Positions 36,527-45,504 of a stretch of 64,000 nt of DNA are shown one piece after another (the stretch's first letter is position 1; each line of letters starts with the position of its first letter). The translations under genes were made by a program, and so were the position numbers. Below the pieces are notes generated by a model. The model made no database searches and was not told the origin of the DNA. It saw only the letters and a program-made list of their open reading frames with translations. This DNA is from Candidatus Woesearchaeota archaeon (lineage in GTDB: Archaea; Nanobdellota; Nanobdellia; Woesearchaeales; JAZDKJ01), in assembly GCA_043803105.1 (NCBI GenBank), contig JAZDKJ010000006.1:364222-428221 (forward strand), in the 5' to 3' direction.

Positions 36527-36874
36527 ATGGGTATCGATAATATTGCAAACGAGATTATGAAATCACACTTTACAGTTATTGACCTTGGCAAGGAAACTGA
36601 TATCTCAAAACTCTGGGAAACACTTCTTATCATAGCTGCTTCTAAAAAACCTGTTTATATCCTCAAAGAAGCAGGCTTTGAAGGAGCAATTCCAGGCGGC
36701 TTGCTTATCAAGCGCATGATTACCTATGAGGGTCCCGAAGACTCGGCATCACATAAAGAAGCTAGCAGGCAGCTCGAGTCATGGGCAAGGATAGAGACCA
36801 ATGCAGAACCTATCAGGGAATTGTTTGACCATTTCCCTGCATGCCTGTTGCACAAAAAGCTTATATACCATTAG
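36527..36874 (+). CDS. hypothetical protein
   Basis: 115-aa ORF. Confidence 0.35.
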   Translation: MGIDNIANEIMKSHFTVIDLGKETDISKLWETLLIIAASKKPVYILKEAGFEGAIPGGLLIKRMITYEGPEDSASHKEASRQLESWARIETNAEPIRELFDHFPACLLHKKLIYH

Positions 36875-36889
36875 GCTTTTTGTTCTGCC

Positions 36890-37201
36890 ATGGCGATTTC
36901 TTACAAGCAAAGATGCATGCGGTGCAAAAAGAATATGGTCATGGTGACTTCAAGGACTTTTTTCCCAGTCTGTTACGATTGTGAAAAGAATGATTTGCAT
37001 GGTCTGGTCAAGAACCCTAAGATGAAAAAGCTCTTTAATATTCCAGAATCCTTCTATGTAGAGAATACTTTCCTGCGCTCAATAAAGATCAATTACCTGA
37101 AGTTTGGCAGCCTCTCAGAAAAGCAGATTGCAAGCTTCAAGAAGACTGTGGAAGAGTTAAAGAAAAAACCCGTAAGCCTCATACCCCCCAGACAGGGTTA
37201 G
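36890..37201 (+). CDS. zinc-finger protein, hypothetical
   Basis: CMRCKK...CYDC four-Cys finger. Confidence 0.4.
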   Translation: MAISYKQRCMRCKKNMVMVTSRTFFPVCYDCEKNDLHGLVKNPKMKKLFNIPESFYVENTFLRSIKINYLKFGSLSEKQIASFKKTVEELKKKPVSLIPPRQG

Positions 37202-38942
37202 ATTTTCTCATTATTATGGCTATCTCTTTCAAGACCTCAGTCTCTTCACGGCCAAGAAGCTTCCTGTACTCCTTTAGTTTTCGGAAATCATCCTCAGGCA
37301 CCGAGCTGTAAAGTGTGTCTCCTTCTTTTATCTGTCTTCCAACAGTGAGGTGCTCAAGGCTCACCGCAACCTGCTTTCCCCGCTCAGCTTTCTCAAGGTT
37401 TTCCTGCTCTGCTTGTATGCTTTTTATCCTGCTAATCTCCTTGCCTTGCGCGTTCATTACAGGCATTCCTGTTCTTATTGTCCCTGCCTCCACCTCTACT
37501 CCTACTACTGCAGGATTGTTTTGCCTGAAAACATAGCCTTTCATGAGTTTGAATTTTGCCGGCCTGACCACCTTGTCCAGTTCTCCCAGCTCTTGTTTCT
37601 TTGACATCTCCTGTTTCCATGCCTCAAGGTCTTCCAGCAGTTTATAGATTATGTCGTGGACTATCACCTTCACATGGTCCAGGCACAACCCTGATTCGTC
37701 CTTGACATTGAACCCGAGCACCACTGCCATCAGCGGATCTTTTTCATAGTTGCTTTCCGCTTCCATAAGGTCTTTTCTCGTTATCGGCCCAACCCCTGCC
37801 TTTCTTATCTCGACTCCGCCGTCCTTCAGGAGCTTGACCATAGCCTCCATGCTGCCAAGCGTGTCTGCCTTTACTATTATTCCTTCCTTGTTTGTTTCAA
37901 TTAGTGCCTCGCTTATCTCGCGCATTATTTCTCTGCTGGTTTTCTCCAGGTTCTGCTGGCTTGTTGCCCTGATTGGCATTCCTGCTATCGCTGTCTCAAT
38001 GTCCGGTGCAGCAATCTTTACCCCTGTCGCTGCAACTGCTTTTCTGACCTTTGTGTATTTTGCCTTTTTGTCTCGCATCTCTTCAAGTGGCAATGGTTCA
38101 AGAAGAGCCTTAACTTTTGTTATGATGGGTTTCTCTATGCCCCCAATTACTATGATATCATTTACCTTGAGGATCCCATCGTATATGATCACATCGATTG
38201 TTGTACCAAAACCACGTTCCTCCTTCACCTCGAGGATTGTTCCCTTGGCTGGTCCGCTTGCATCAATTTTTAGGTTGGTTTCAAGGTATCTTTGAGCTAG
38301 GCCTGTTAGCATTACGAGGAGTTCTGGTATGCCCTCTCCTGTTTTTGCAGATACTGGGACGATGATTATTTGTTTTGTAAAGTCCTCTACTCTGTCATAT
38401 CTTTCAGAATTAAGGCCGAGCTTGCTTAATTCTCCCAGTATCTGATAGACTCTCTTGTCAAGCTGCTCTTGCACTGAACTGCTCTGCTTGCTTATGTTCT
38501 CCAGCAAATGCTCTGCCTTATGCTGCCAGCCTGCAATTAAGTCTATCTTGTTCGCAGCGACAATAAATGGTGTCTTGCTATGCTTGAGTATCTCTATTGC
38601 CTCGACTGTCTGTGGCTTGAATCCCTCGTTGACATCGATAACCACAATTGCGATGTCAGCTAGGCTGCCTCCTCTCTTTCTTAGGCTTGTGAATGCAGCA
38701 TGCCCTGGAGTGTCAATGAAAAGAAGGCCTGGTATCGTGAATTTTGTGTTGAGCGCTTCCAGCAATGGGCCGCATATCTTCTTTATGACTTCAAGCGGTA
38801 TTATTGAAGCGCCTATTGCCTGTGTTATCCTTCCCGCTTCTGTCTCAACTATGGCAGTGCCCCTGATCTTGTCTAGCAGGCTTGATTTTCCATGGTCCAC
38901 ATGCCCAAGCACTGTGCATATTGGGCTTCTTATCTCTGGCAT
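37179..38942 (-). CDS. infB: translation initiation factor aIF-2 (IF2/eIF5B)
   Basis: VLGHVDHGKSSLLD G1 motif, DTPGH, NKID. 587 aa. Confidence 0.92.
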   Translation of the reverse strand: MPEIRSPICTVLGHVDHGKSSLLDKIRGTAIVETEAGRITQAIGASIIPLEVIKKICGPLLEALNTKFTIPGLLFIDTPGHAAFTSLRKRGGSLADIAIVVIDVNEGFKPQTVEAIEILKHSKTPFIVAANKIDLIAGWQHKAEHLLENISKQSSSVQEQLDKRVYQILGELSKLGLNSERYDRVEDFTKQIIIVPVSAKTGEGIPELLVMLTGLAQRYLETNLKIDASGPAKGTILEVKEERGFGTTIDVIIYDGILKVNDIIVIGGIEKPIITKVKALLEPLPLEEMRDKKAKYTKVRKAVAATGVKIAAPDIETAIAGMPIRATSQQNLEKTSREIMREISEALIETNKEGIIVKADTLGSMEAMVKLLKDGGVEIRKAGVGPITRKDLMEAESNYEKDPLMAVVLGFNVKDESGLCLDHVKVIVHDIIYKLLEDLEAWKQEMSKKQELGELDKVVRPAKFKLMKGYVFRQNNPAVVGVEVEAGTIRTGMPVMNAQGKEISRIKSIQAEQENLEKAERGKQVAVSLEHLTVGRQIKEGDTLYSSVPEDDFRKLKEYRKLLGREETEVLKEIAIIMRKSNPVWGV

Positions 38943-39094
38943 ATTCTCTGCATATTTTGGGCTGTATTTAAAGGTTTTCAGGATACAAGGAAAGTTAGGA
39001 TTTCATGTCCTTTTGTAATTTCTTCAGAAGGCAATCCACACCTTGTAATATATTATCTTCTTGAGGTTTTCAATATCGATAAATTTTGCGCCCG

Positions 39095-39400
39095 GTCAGG
39101 GATTTTCACTTGATGAGATTTGAACTGTCAGAAATTCACTGAATTTCTGAGCATGCTCGGAAACATAGTTTCCGACACCTGGAGACCTGTGATGGTCAAT
39201 TGCTTTTCAGGCAACCGCGATACCCGATTACGCTAGCCCGGCCTCGCACATTTCTAAATTGACCTGAACCTTAATATGTTCAATTGAGAATTTTCCGTAA
39301 GTTCTGCGACAAAACCGAGCAAAATCTTATATACCAGAATGCTTACAAACTTTATGACCTGCGATTTAATTACCTGATTACGCGAGCCCTTTTTATATAG
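39095..39400 (-). repeat. tRNA-derived fragments: two direct copies of GGGCT(C/A)GCGTAATC(A/G)GGTA, the second continuing as a tRNA-Phe(GAA)-like 5' half
   Basis: Minus strand, copy 1 begins at 39388 immediately after ACTATATAAAAA. Copy 2 at about 39247 folds as GCCGGGC-TA-GCGT-AATCGGGTA-TCGC-G-GTTGC-CTGAAAA-GCAAT. No matching 3' acceptor strand was found. Confidence 0.35.
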
Positions 39401-39452
39401 TATTTTCTGTAGATTTGACCAATGGCTCAAGTAGCCTTGGCCAGAAATAAAA

Positions 39453-39654
39453 TGGGGCTGCTGGGATTTCCATGCTTCTAGGACGGTCTTTTGGCATCAG
39501 CCAAAAGCCTTTTCCCAGGTTTTTGCATATTGCAAAAAGCTGTTTGGACCCAGATTAGGAGGTTTTCCGCTGAAAACCTTAGGTCAAATGCCCCGAACCT
39601 CCAGTGATAGTTTCTCGAAGAGTTTCTCTCTTCTCCAAGTTACACTACAGCCCC
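39453..39654 (-). tRNA. tRNA-Pro(CGG), heavily interrupted (D-loop, canonical 37/38, and T-arm/variable insertions; 202 nt)
   Basis: GGGGCTG-TA-GTGT-AACTTGG[about 25 nt]ACTATCAC-T-GGAGG-TTCGGG[28 nt]A-CCTCC-TAAT...CTGGG...[insertion]...CCCAG-CAGCCCC-A. All four stems pair. Exact intron boundaries in the 3' half are uncertain. Confidence 0.5.
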
Positions 39655-39811
39655 ATAGGTTGAACTGGAAAGCCACACTGTTGTATGACCTTCCTATAAC
39701 TGCTAAACAGCAGGGTGTTAAAAAGGTTGCGATGGAACGTAACGATGTGATATATTAGAATTTTATGTGCCTCTTACCCTTCAGCAATGTGCAGATTCTG
39801 CTAATTAAATT

Positions 39812-39825
39812 TATATATAAAGAAC
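39812..39825 (+). promoter_or_regulatory. TATA box for tyrS, about 30 nt upstream of the ATG (leaderless or short-leader mRNA)
   Basis: ATTTATATATAAAG, centred about 35 nt upstream of the ATG at 39856. Confidence 0.45.
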
Positions 39826-39855
39826 TGTTTTATTGTTGCAATCGCTTGCATCACT

Positions 39856-40989
39856 ATGGATAACAGAGCAAAATTTGAACTTATAACGAGAAATTTAGAA
39901 GAAGTACTAACACCTGCAGATTTAATGAAACTCATTGAAAATGATGAGCCTTTAAAGCATTATATTGGTTTTGAAATAAGTGGTAAGGTGCATCTTGGAA
40001 CTGGACTTATGTGTATGTCCAAAATTAAAGACTTCATGGATGCAGGTGCGGATGTTTCTGTGTTTCTTGCTGACTGGCATAGTTGGATTAATGATAAACT
40101 TGGTGGAGACAGAGAAGTTATCAAAAAAATTGCCGTCGGATATTTCAAAGAAGCGATGAAGGCTAGCCTTCTTTGTCTTGGTGGTAATCCTGAAAAAATA
40201 AGATTTGTACTTGGTACAGAACTTTATCACAATAATGACGATTATTGGGCAACCATGATTGATGTAAGTAAAAATACGACTCTAGGCAGGATGACTCGGA
40301 GCATTACAATCCTTGGAAGAAAAGAAGGGGAGGGAGTTGATTTTGCAAAATTGATCTATCCTGCAATGCAGGTTTCAGATATTTTTGTTCAGAAATTGAA
40401 CATACCTCATGCAGGAATTGATCAAAGGAAAGCGCAAGTTATTGCAAGAGAAGTTGCTTTAAAAATGAAAGTAAGTCAAATTACTGATAAAGAGGGTAAT
40501 AAAATTAAACCCGTTGCCCTGCATCATCATCTGTTACTAGGTCTTGGCAAACCCCCGGTATGGCCTGTTCCTCAAGATAAATTACAGGATTTATGGTCAT
40601 CAATGAAGATGAGCAAGTCCAAGCCGGACACTTGTGTTTTTGTTCACGATAGTCCTGATGAAATTAAAAGAAAGATTGCAAAGGCATTCTGCCCTGAAGG
40701 TGAAACTGTGTTCAATCCAGTACTTGATTGGGCTAAATATTTATTGTTCAGAGAGACGACTGATGAACTTATAGTAAAAAGGCCTGAAAAATTCGGTGGA
40801 ACTGTTATATATACAACTTACGAAAAACTTGAAAAAGATTTTGCAGACAAAAAAGTTCATCCAATGGACCTTAAAGATTCAGTTGCTGAAAGTTTAATTA
40901 AACTACTTGAACCTGCAAGAATCCATTTTGAAAAACCTGAAATCAAAAAGACGTTGGATCAGCTTAACAAGCTCATAACCACAAGGTGA
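39856..40989 (+). CDS. tyrS: tyrosyl-tRNA synthetase (archaeal type), in an AT-rich island
   Basis: KMSKS motif (KMSKSKPDT) and HYIGFEISG. The C-terminus, KRPEKFGG...HPMDLKDSVAESLIKLLEP, aligns with M. jannaschii TyrRS. GC is visibly lower than the flanking genes. Confidence 0.85.
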   Translation: MDNRAKFELITRNLEEVLTPADLMKLIENDEPLKHYIGFEISGKVHLGTGLMCMSKIKDFMDAGADVSVFLADWHSWINDKLGGDREVIKKIAVGYFKEAMKASLLCLGGNPEKIRFVLGTELYHNNDDYWATMIDVSKNTTLGRMTRSITILGRKEGEGVDFAKLIYPAMQVSDIFVQKLNIPHAGIDQRKAQVIAREVALKMKVSQITDKEGNKIKPVALHHHLLLGLGKPPVWPVPQDKLQDLWSSMKMSKSKPDTCVFVHDSPDEIKRKIAKAFCPEGETVFNPVLDWAKYLLFRETTDELIVKRPEKFGGTVIYTTYEKLEKDFADKKVHPMDLKDSVAESLIKLLEPARIHFEKPEIKKTLDQLNKLITTR

Positions 40990-41079
40990 TTTTATTCCTT
41001 TTTGTATGTTTATTCTAGATAGTTAATATTAGAATACAAAATTTCAGGATTAGCCTAAAATGTTTTATGCTTCTTTTCG

Positions 41080-41183
41080 AATTCCGGTCGGACGCATTCT
41101 GGTTTCATCCTCAAGCGTAAGTGATAGTTGCTTCAGGCAACCGAGCGAACTGGTTGGCGCTGGCCAAGTTACACTACAGCCCC
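41080..41183 (-). pseudogene. truncated tRNA-like copy sharing the tRNA-Pro(CGG) 5' exon segments
   Basis: GGGGCTGTAGTGTAACTTGG[35 nt]ACTATCAC, then a different anticodon-arm-like hairpin (TACGC-TTGAGGA...GCGTC). No 3' acceptor strand before the tyrS stop. Confidence 0.4.
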
Positions 41184-41290
41184 GTTGATTGTTATTGTTT
41201 CGCGAAGCTCACAAGAAACCTGATAGTTTCTTGGGAGTCCCAAAAAACTTCAAGTTTTTTGTGACGAAAGGCGACTGAAAGGAGTGTAAA

Positions 41291-41330
41291 GGTGCCAGCT
41301 GACTTCTCAGCTGAGTAGCACTACAGCCCC
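41291..41330 (-). ncRNA. third copy of the leader element: tRNA 5'-end copy plus conserved hairpin
   Basis: GGGGCTGTAGTG-CTACT-CAGCTG-AGAAGT-CAGCTG-GCACC. An AT-rich box (AAATTTTTTAAG) sits about 30 nt upstream. It is followed by the AAAAAAC-TTCAA-GTTTTTT and GAAAC-TATCAG-GTTTC hairpins, then the tRNA-like copy at 41183. Confidence 0.5.
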
Positions 41331-41374
41331 AATTACTCAAACCAATTCGGTCGATTGCTTAAAAAATTTGTGCT

Positions 41375-41920
41375 TTGCCAAGCTTTTTAAGGGTTTTAGA
41401 TACTCCGTCCTGCATGGAGAGGGCACCACAGCAAAAACCTAGCCGTGAGTTGTTGATAGAAAAATTCCTCCAGGACAACCAGTTTAATCTCGAAGATGTG
41501 ATATCCAAGGACGAGATTTTCCAAAGCGCGAATGACCTTGCTTCAGCTATATACAAGAAGAGACCATCATACATAACCTTCAAGGATTATAATTTAGGTA
41601 TAACAAGCAGGTTTCCACAGACACCAGAATTTGAGGTCATGATGCTTTACCAGGTCCACGAGACTGCTTTGAAGTTCAAGCAGCAAGGATACAACGAACT
41701 TAGCTGGAACCAGCTTAAATCAGCATACCTAAAAGTCCACTTACAATCAAGGCATGACGCTGCTGGACGCCATGCCAGGTACAACTCACATTTTCCAAAA
41801 GCCCCAAAAGAGTTTGTTAGAGGCAAACATCCTGTGCACAGCATGCTGCTTACCTTGGACAGCATGGCTGTAGATATACTCCTCCATTATGCCACTTTGC
41901 GAATATACAAGAAAAGATAG
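41375..41920 (+). CDS. hypothetical protein
   Basis: 181-aa ORF. The true start may be the internal Met. Confidence 0.35.
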   Translation: MPSFLRVLDTPSCMERAPQQKPSRELLIEKFLQDNQFNLEDVISKDEIFQSANDLASAIYKKRPSYITFKDYNLGITSRFPQTPEFEVMMLYQVHETALKFKQQGYNELSWNQLKSAYLKVHLQSRHDAAGRHARYNSHFPKAPKEFVRGKHPVHSMLLTLDSMAVDILLHYATLRIYKKR

Positions 41921-41926
41921 AAAATA

Positions 41927-42529
41927 TTGGTCTGGCAGAAAATATTAAATAGTTGCGTTTCAGGTTCATTGTTTATGGACAAGCTGGAACAGGCAGGTTT
42001 CTTCCAGGCAGCGCTTATCAATCTATTGCTTGGAAACTTTATACTTGGCGGGCTTCTGGCGTCGATTTTCTTTCTTTTCTTTGAAGCTATTATTGTGCAA
42101 TTTATTTGTATAGCATTAGTTGGCTTATACAGTGGTTGGCTGACAATCTCTGTGATGGCCGGCTTTGAAATGAACTCAAGCCAAAAAGTCCTTGCAGGAG
42201 CGCTTTGCCCTATTCCTGTTGTTTGCCTGTTATTTGTCGAGCAATTCATTTTCAGCAGGCTTGGAGCACAGCTTCAGATGCTTGGAGCCCCTGTGCAGAG
42301 CACTGCTGCATCAATTTCGAATATTTTTGGCCATCCCTCTCTGCAGGTCACCATTATCTTCATTTCTGTCTACTATCTTGCATTCAATTTCTTTGCGATA
42401 CGGGAGATTGACCGAGCAAAACAATTCAGTTCTTTAGGTTGGTACTCATTCGGCTTGATTTTGTTGACATTGATTGTTCTATTAGCAAGGTTCCTGGCTG
42501 CATCAGTCACCGGTGCCAAAGTGTCCTGA
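41927..42529 (+). CDS. polytopic membrane protein, hypothetical
   Basis: 200 aa with five or six TM helices. Confidence 0.45.
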   Translation: MVWQKILNSCVSGSLFMDKLEQAGFFQAALINLLLGNFILGGLLASIFFLFFEAIIVQFICIALVGLYSGWLTISVMAGFEMNSSQKVLAGALCPIPVVCLLFVEQFIFSRLGAQLQMLGAPVQSTAASISNIFGHPSLQVTIIFISVYYLAFNFFAIREIDRAKQFSSLGWYSFGLILLTLIVLLARFLAASVTGAKVS

Positions 42530-42569
42530 TTTGGCAACTTTTATATATTGAAGTTTGTGATAATGTGTT

Positions 42570-43121
42570 GTGCCAAGAAAAAAGAGGGTTGTTCAGCATA
42601 ATGTGCTTGAGTACCTATACATGATGATATTTATTGCCTCTGTTGCGCTGGTGGTATTTATCCTTTTTTCTGGAGGTCTTAGAGCAAAGTCAGAGGAGCT
42701 TCGCAGGCTTAAGGTGATTGATGATTTCAAGACCTCGCTTAACCTTGAGAGGCAGGCTTGCGGTTATAAGTGCGACACAGCCTGGTCTTCTGGCTGCGAA
42801 GAAGATTCTGTTGCCCAGTTCTGTTTAATTTCAGTAGAGCTCGATGTTGAGCACAATGGAAAGTTTGACTACAGTGAAAATATTATCCCGGGAACAGGCG
42901 TTTGCGAAGACAAGGTCTTTTGCTCCCAGCTTGTCAGTTGCGATTGTGTCCAAGGGATGAGAGAATGCATTGATTTCCTGTGCCATTACTGGAAGGAGAG
43001 AGACATGGACGGTTCCAAGGCATTGAACATGAACCTTGTTCCTGGCTCATGCGATTACCTTAACGAGCCTTTGCATTGGTACAATCAATTGAGAACCTCT
43101 GAAGGCTTGGCCTGCAGTTAA
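42570..43121 (+). CDS. membrane-anchored cysteine-rich extracellular protein, hypothetical
   Basis: N-terminal TM and 14 Cys in the ectodomain. Confidence 0.45.
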   Translation: MPRKKRVVQHNVLEYLYMMIFIASVALVVFILFSGGLRAKSEELRRLKVIDDFKTSLNLERQACGYKCDTAWSSGCEEDSVAQFCLISVELDVEHNGKFDYSENIIPGTGVCEDKVFCSQLVSCDCVQGMRECIDFLCHYWKERDMDGSKALNMNLVPGSCDYLNEPLHWYNQLRTSEGLACS

Positions 43122-43456
43122 CGCTTCTGTTCCCTTAAGAGCCGCACAGTGTCCCTTAGTGCTGCAGTAAGTTCGTCTTTTCCACTGGATTTATCGAACA
43201 CAACTGACTCTCTCATCTCTCTGATGATATCATTTCTTGCTGCCCTGATGGCATTTACTGCTTCTCCCTGCTGCCCTGTCTGCTGGAGTATGTTCGTAAC
43301 CTTCTCTTCAAAATCCTTCAGCGCCTTGAAGATGTAGCTGTGCTGGCTATGTATCAGCTGGTGAGTGCTATTTAGGTCAAGCTTGTCTATCTTGTGGTGC
43401 AATGCCTCTATGCTTCTAGAGAGGTTTGCGATTTGTTCCTCAACCGCTAATGGCAT
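43118..43456 (-). CDS. coiled-coil hypothetical protein
   Basis: 112-aa ORF. Confidence 0.35.
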   Translation of the reverse strand: MPLAVEEQIANLSRSIEALHHKIDKLDLNSTHQLIHSQHSYIFKALKDFEEKVTNILQQTGQQGEAVNAIRAARNDIIREMRESVVFDKSSGKDELTAALRDTVRLLREQKR

Positions 43457-43503
43457 GTGCGCTCCTCCTGTTTGCGCTTATATAAACTTTTGTAATCACT
43501 TCT

Positions 43504-44031
43504 CTAAGGTATTCTTCTCAATTGCCTGACAAGGTAATTTTGCGAGTCATCAGGCAGCTTATGTCTTGCCTCTTCCTGCACAATTGGCTTTGCCTCTTCT
43601 TTTTTGGCGAACGGATTCTCTGCCAAGGGCTTGAGGATAAGTTCTACAGTTGACATTTCCTCTTCGCTTAGCTGTTTCGTCTTCCACTCAAGGTTAAGGC
43701 CGTCGTTCTCCATCCTTGGTATTATCTGGATCGTGAAATGTGCGTACATTTGTCCAGCAGCAACTCCATTGTTGACAAGGATATTTGTGCCGTGCATGCC
43801 CAGGCTTTCGAACACTGAGGTTGATATCTTGTTTGCCATAACAAAGAGTTTTTCGAGCTCGTCGTCCGGCACCTGTTCGAGTATTGTATAATGCTTTTTC
43901 GGGAAGAGAAGTACCTGGCCTGGAGTGCTCGGTTTGTCATGGAGCACCGCCTTCATCATGTCATCTTCATAGACAGTGAATTCTGCCCTGCCCAAGGCAA
44001 GGTTGCATATTGTACAATCTTCTTTGTTCAT
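43504..44031 (-). CDS. HIT-superfamily-like protein with a degenerate histidine triad
   Basis: CTICN...LLFPKKHY...GQMYAHFTIQIIPR. The usual HxHxHxx motif is replaced by H-F-T-I-Q. Confidence 0.55.
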   Translation of the reverse strand: MNKEDCTICNLALGRAEFTVYEDDMMKAVLHDKPSTPGQVLLFPKKHYTILEQVPDDELEKLFVMANKISTSVFESLGMHGTNILVNNGVAAGQMYAHFTIQIIPRMENDGLNLEWKTKQLSEEEMSTVELILKPLAENPFAKKEEAKPIVQEEARHKLPDDSQNYLVRQLRRIP

Positions 44032-44657
44032 TTGAATAGTCTGCTTATTGAGTCAAGGTCTGTTTGCCCGGCATCTGTTTTAGCAGGTTTTTCTGCAGGT
44101 TTTTTCTCTTCTACATGGCTCGTTTCTCTTTTTGCAGGCAGTTCCTCAGTTACCATATCCTTCACTCCCAAGATTTCATAGAGCCGCTTCTTTATCCTTT
44201 TCTGCACTTCATGCATGTCGTTTGCAGTCATCTGCTTTGCGGGAAGCTTGAACTCGATTCCATCGTCTGCCATTCTCGGTATGACATGCATCATGAAGTG
44301 CTGCGCCTTCTGGCCTGCCACTAATCCGTTGGCAATAAATACTGTGGTTCCTCCTGCCTTAAGGCCTTTCAAGATTGCGTTTGACAATCCCTTGGCTACT
44401 CTGGAGAGTTTTCCAGTAGTCTTGTCTGGGATCAAGGGCATTATTGCGTAATGCTCGTTTGGTAATAGCAAGATGTGTCCAGGATTTGCAGGATTGATGT
44501 CAAGGACTGCAGTGCAGTCATCGTCTGAGAAAAGCTTTCTTGATTGTACCTTGCTGGAAATTATTTGGCAGAAAATGCATTGCTTTTTTTGGAACTCCTT
44601 GAGCTCTTCTGGAGACATGTTCTTGATTTTTTCCTCATACTCCTGCTGCGGGTCCAT
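44028..44657 (-). CDS. HIT-superfamily-like protein (paralog) with a degenerate triad
   Basis: CIFCQI...LLLPNEHY...GQKAQHFMMHVIPR. I trimmed the start to the Met at 44657. The long low-complexity N-terminal extension of the ORF overlaps the opposite-strand gene. Confidence 0.55.
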   Translation of the reverse strand: MDPQQEYEEKIKNMSPEELKEFQKKQCIFCQIISSKVQSRKLFSDDDCTAVLDINPANPGHILLLPNEHYAIMPLIPDKTTGKLSRVAKGLSNAILKGLKAGGTTVFIANGLVAGQKAQHFMMHVIPRMADDGIEFKLPAKQMTANDMHEVQKRIKKRLYEILGVKDMVTEELPAKRETSHVEEKKPAEKPAKTDAGQTDLDSISRLFK

Positions 44658-44712
44658 TATTCTTTTGTCTTCCGAAGAAACTATAAAAATGTTTCCAGAA
44701 AGAATTAAATAG

Positions 44713-45504
44713 GTGGATTCCGATTTTCGGGTTATGGTTGAAATAAAGCTTGACCTGCGAAAATCGGTTGAAGAGAACGCTGGGCTACATTTTGAGAAAG
44801 CGAAAAAGCTAAAGAAAAAACTTGTTGGTGCAAAGGCAACAGTTGAGCGCGTCAGAAAAGAGCTTGATAGGTTTGAGAAAAAGGAGCTGGCTGCTGTTGA
44901 GCTGCCTAAGGTCGACAGGAGAAAACAATGGTTCGAAAAGTTCCGCTGGTTCTTGAGTTCAGAGGGTTTTCTTGTGGTTGGCGGCCGCGACGCAACTACC
45001 AACGAAATAATAATCAAGAAGCACACGGAGCCTGAAGACCTTGTTTTTCATACTGACATGTCAGGCTCTCCTTTTTTCGTTGTTAAGGCTGATGGAAAAC
45101 AACCTGGTGTCCAGACCTTAAGGGAGGCTGCAGACGCCACTTTTTCTTTTAGTCGCAGCTCAAAGACAGGTATGACCACTTCTCCTGTTTTTTACGTTAC
45201 GCCTGCTCAGGTCTCAAGGACTCCTAATCCTGGTGAGTCATTGCCTAAAGGCGCTTTCATCATTCGTGGCAAGACCAATTACATAGAAAACAAGTTTAAT
45301 GTTGCTGTCGGTATCTATAAGGGAGCTGTTATGGCTGGCCCGCTTGAAGCAGTGCAGAAGCATTGCGAAAAATATCTCCAATTGATTCCTGGGGAAAAAA
45401 AGCCTTCTGACATTGCAAAGATGGTTAGGAAGCTTATTGGTGGAGAGCTTGATGAGATAATTAGGGCTCTCCCCAGTGGCAACTGTGACCTGAAGAAACC
45501 TTAA
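44713..45504 (+). CDS. NFACT-R (DUF814) domain RNA-binding protein (Rqc2/FbpA-family C-terminal module)
   Basis: VGGRDATTNEIIIKKHTEPEDLVFHTDMSGSPFFVVK. Confidence 0.55.
   Translation: MDSDFRVMVEIKLDLRKSVEENAGLHFEKAKKLKKKLVGAKATVERVRKELDRFEKKELAAVELPKVDRRKQWFEKFRWFLSSEGFLVVGGRDATTNEIIIKKHTEPEDLVFHTDMSGSPFFVVKADGKQPGVQTLREAADATFSFSRSSKTGMTTSPVFYVTPAQVSRTPNPGESLPKGAFIIRGKTNYIENKFNVAVGIYKGAVMAGPLEAVQKHCEKYLQLIPGEKKPSDIAKMVRKLIGGELDEIIRALPSGNCDLKKP

Noticed and set aside
39095-39260. Complete tRNA-Phe(GAA) on the minus strand
   Set aside because: The 5' half (acceptor, D-arm, anticodon arm with CTGAAAA loop) folds well. I could not find a matching 3' acceptor strand or T-arm under any intron placement. 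I report it only as a tRNA-like fragment.
39095-41340. CRISPR array or integrated provirus at the tRNA-Pro locus
   Set aside because: The repeats are irregular in spacing and are tRNA-derived, with no uniform repeat-spacer periodicity. There is no integrase, no cas gene and no capsid-like ORF. The only cargo is tyrS.
44658-45026. N-terminal 123 aa of ORF 44028-45026 (S/F/T-rich low-complexity sequence)
   Set aside because: It overlaps the opposite-strand NFACT-R gene, has no HIT homology, and a good internal Met (44657) starts the conserved domain.
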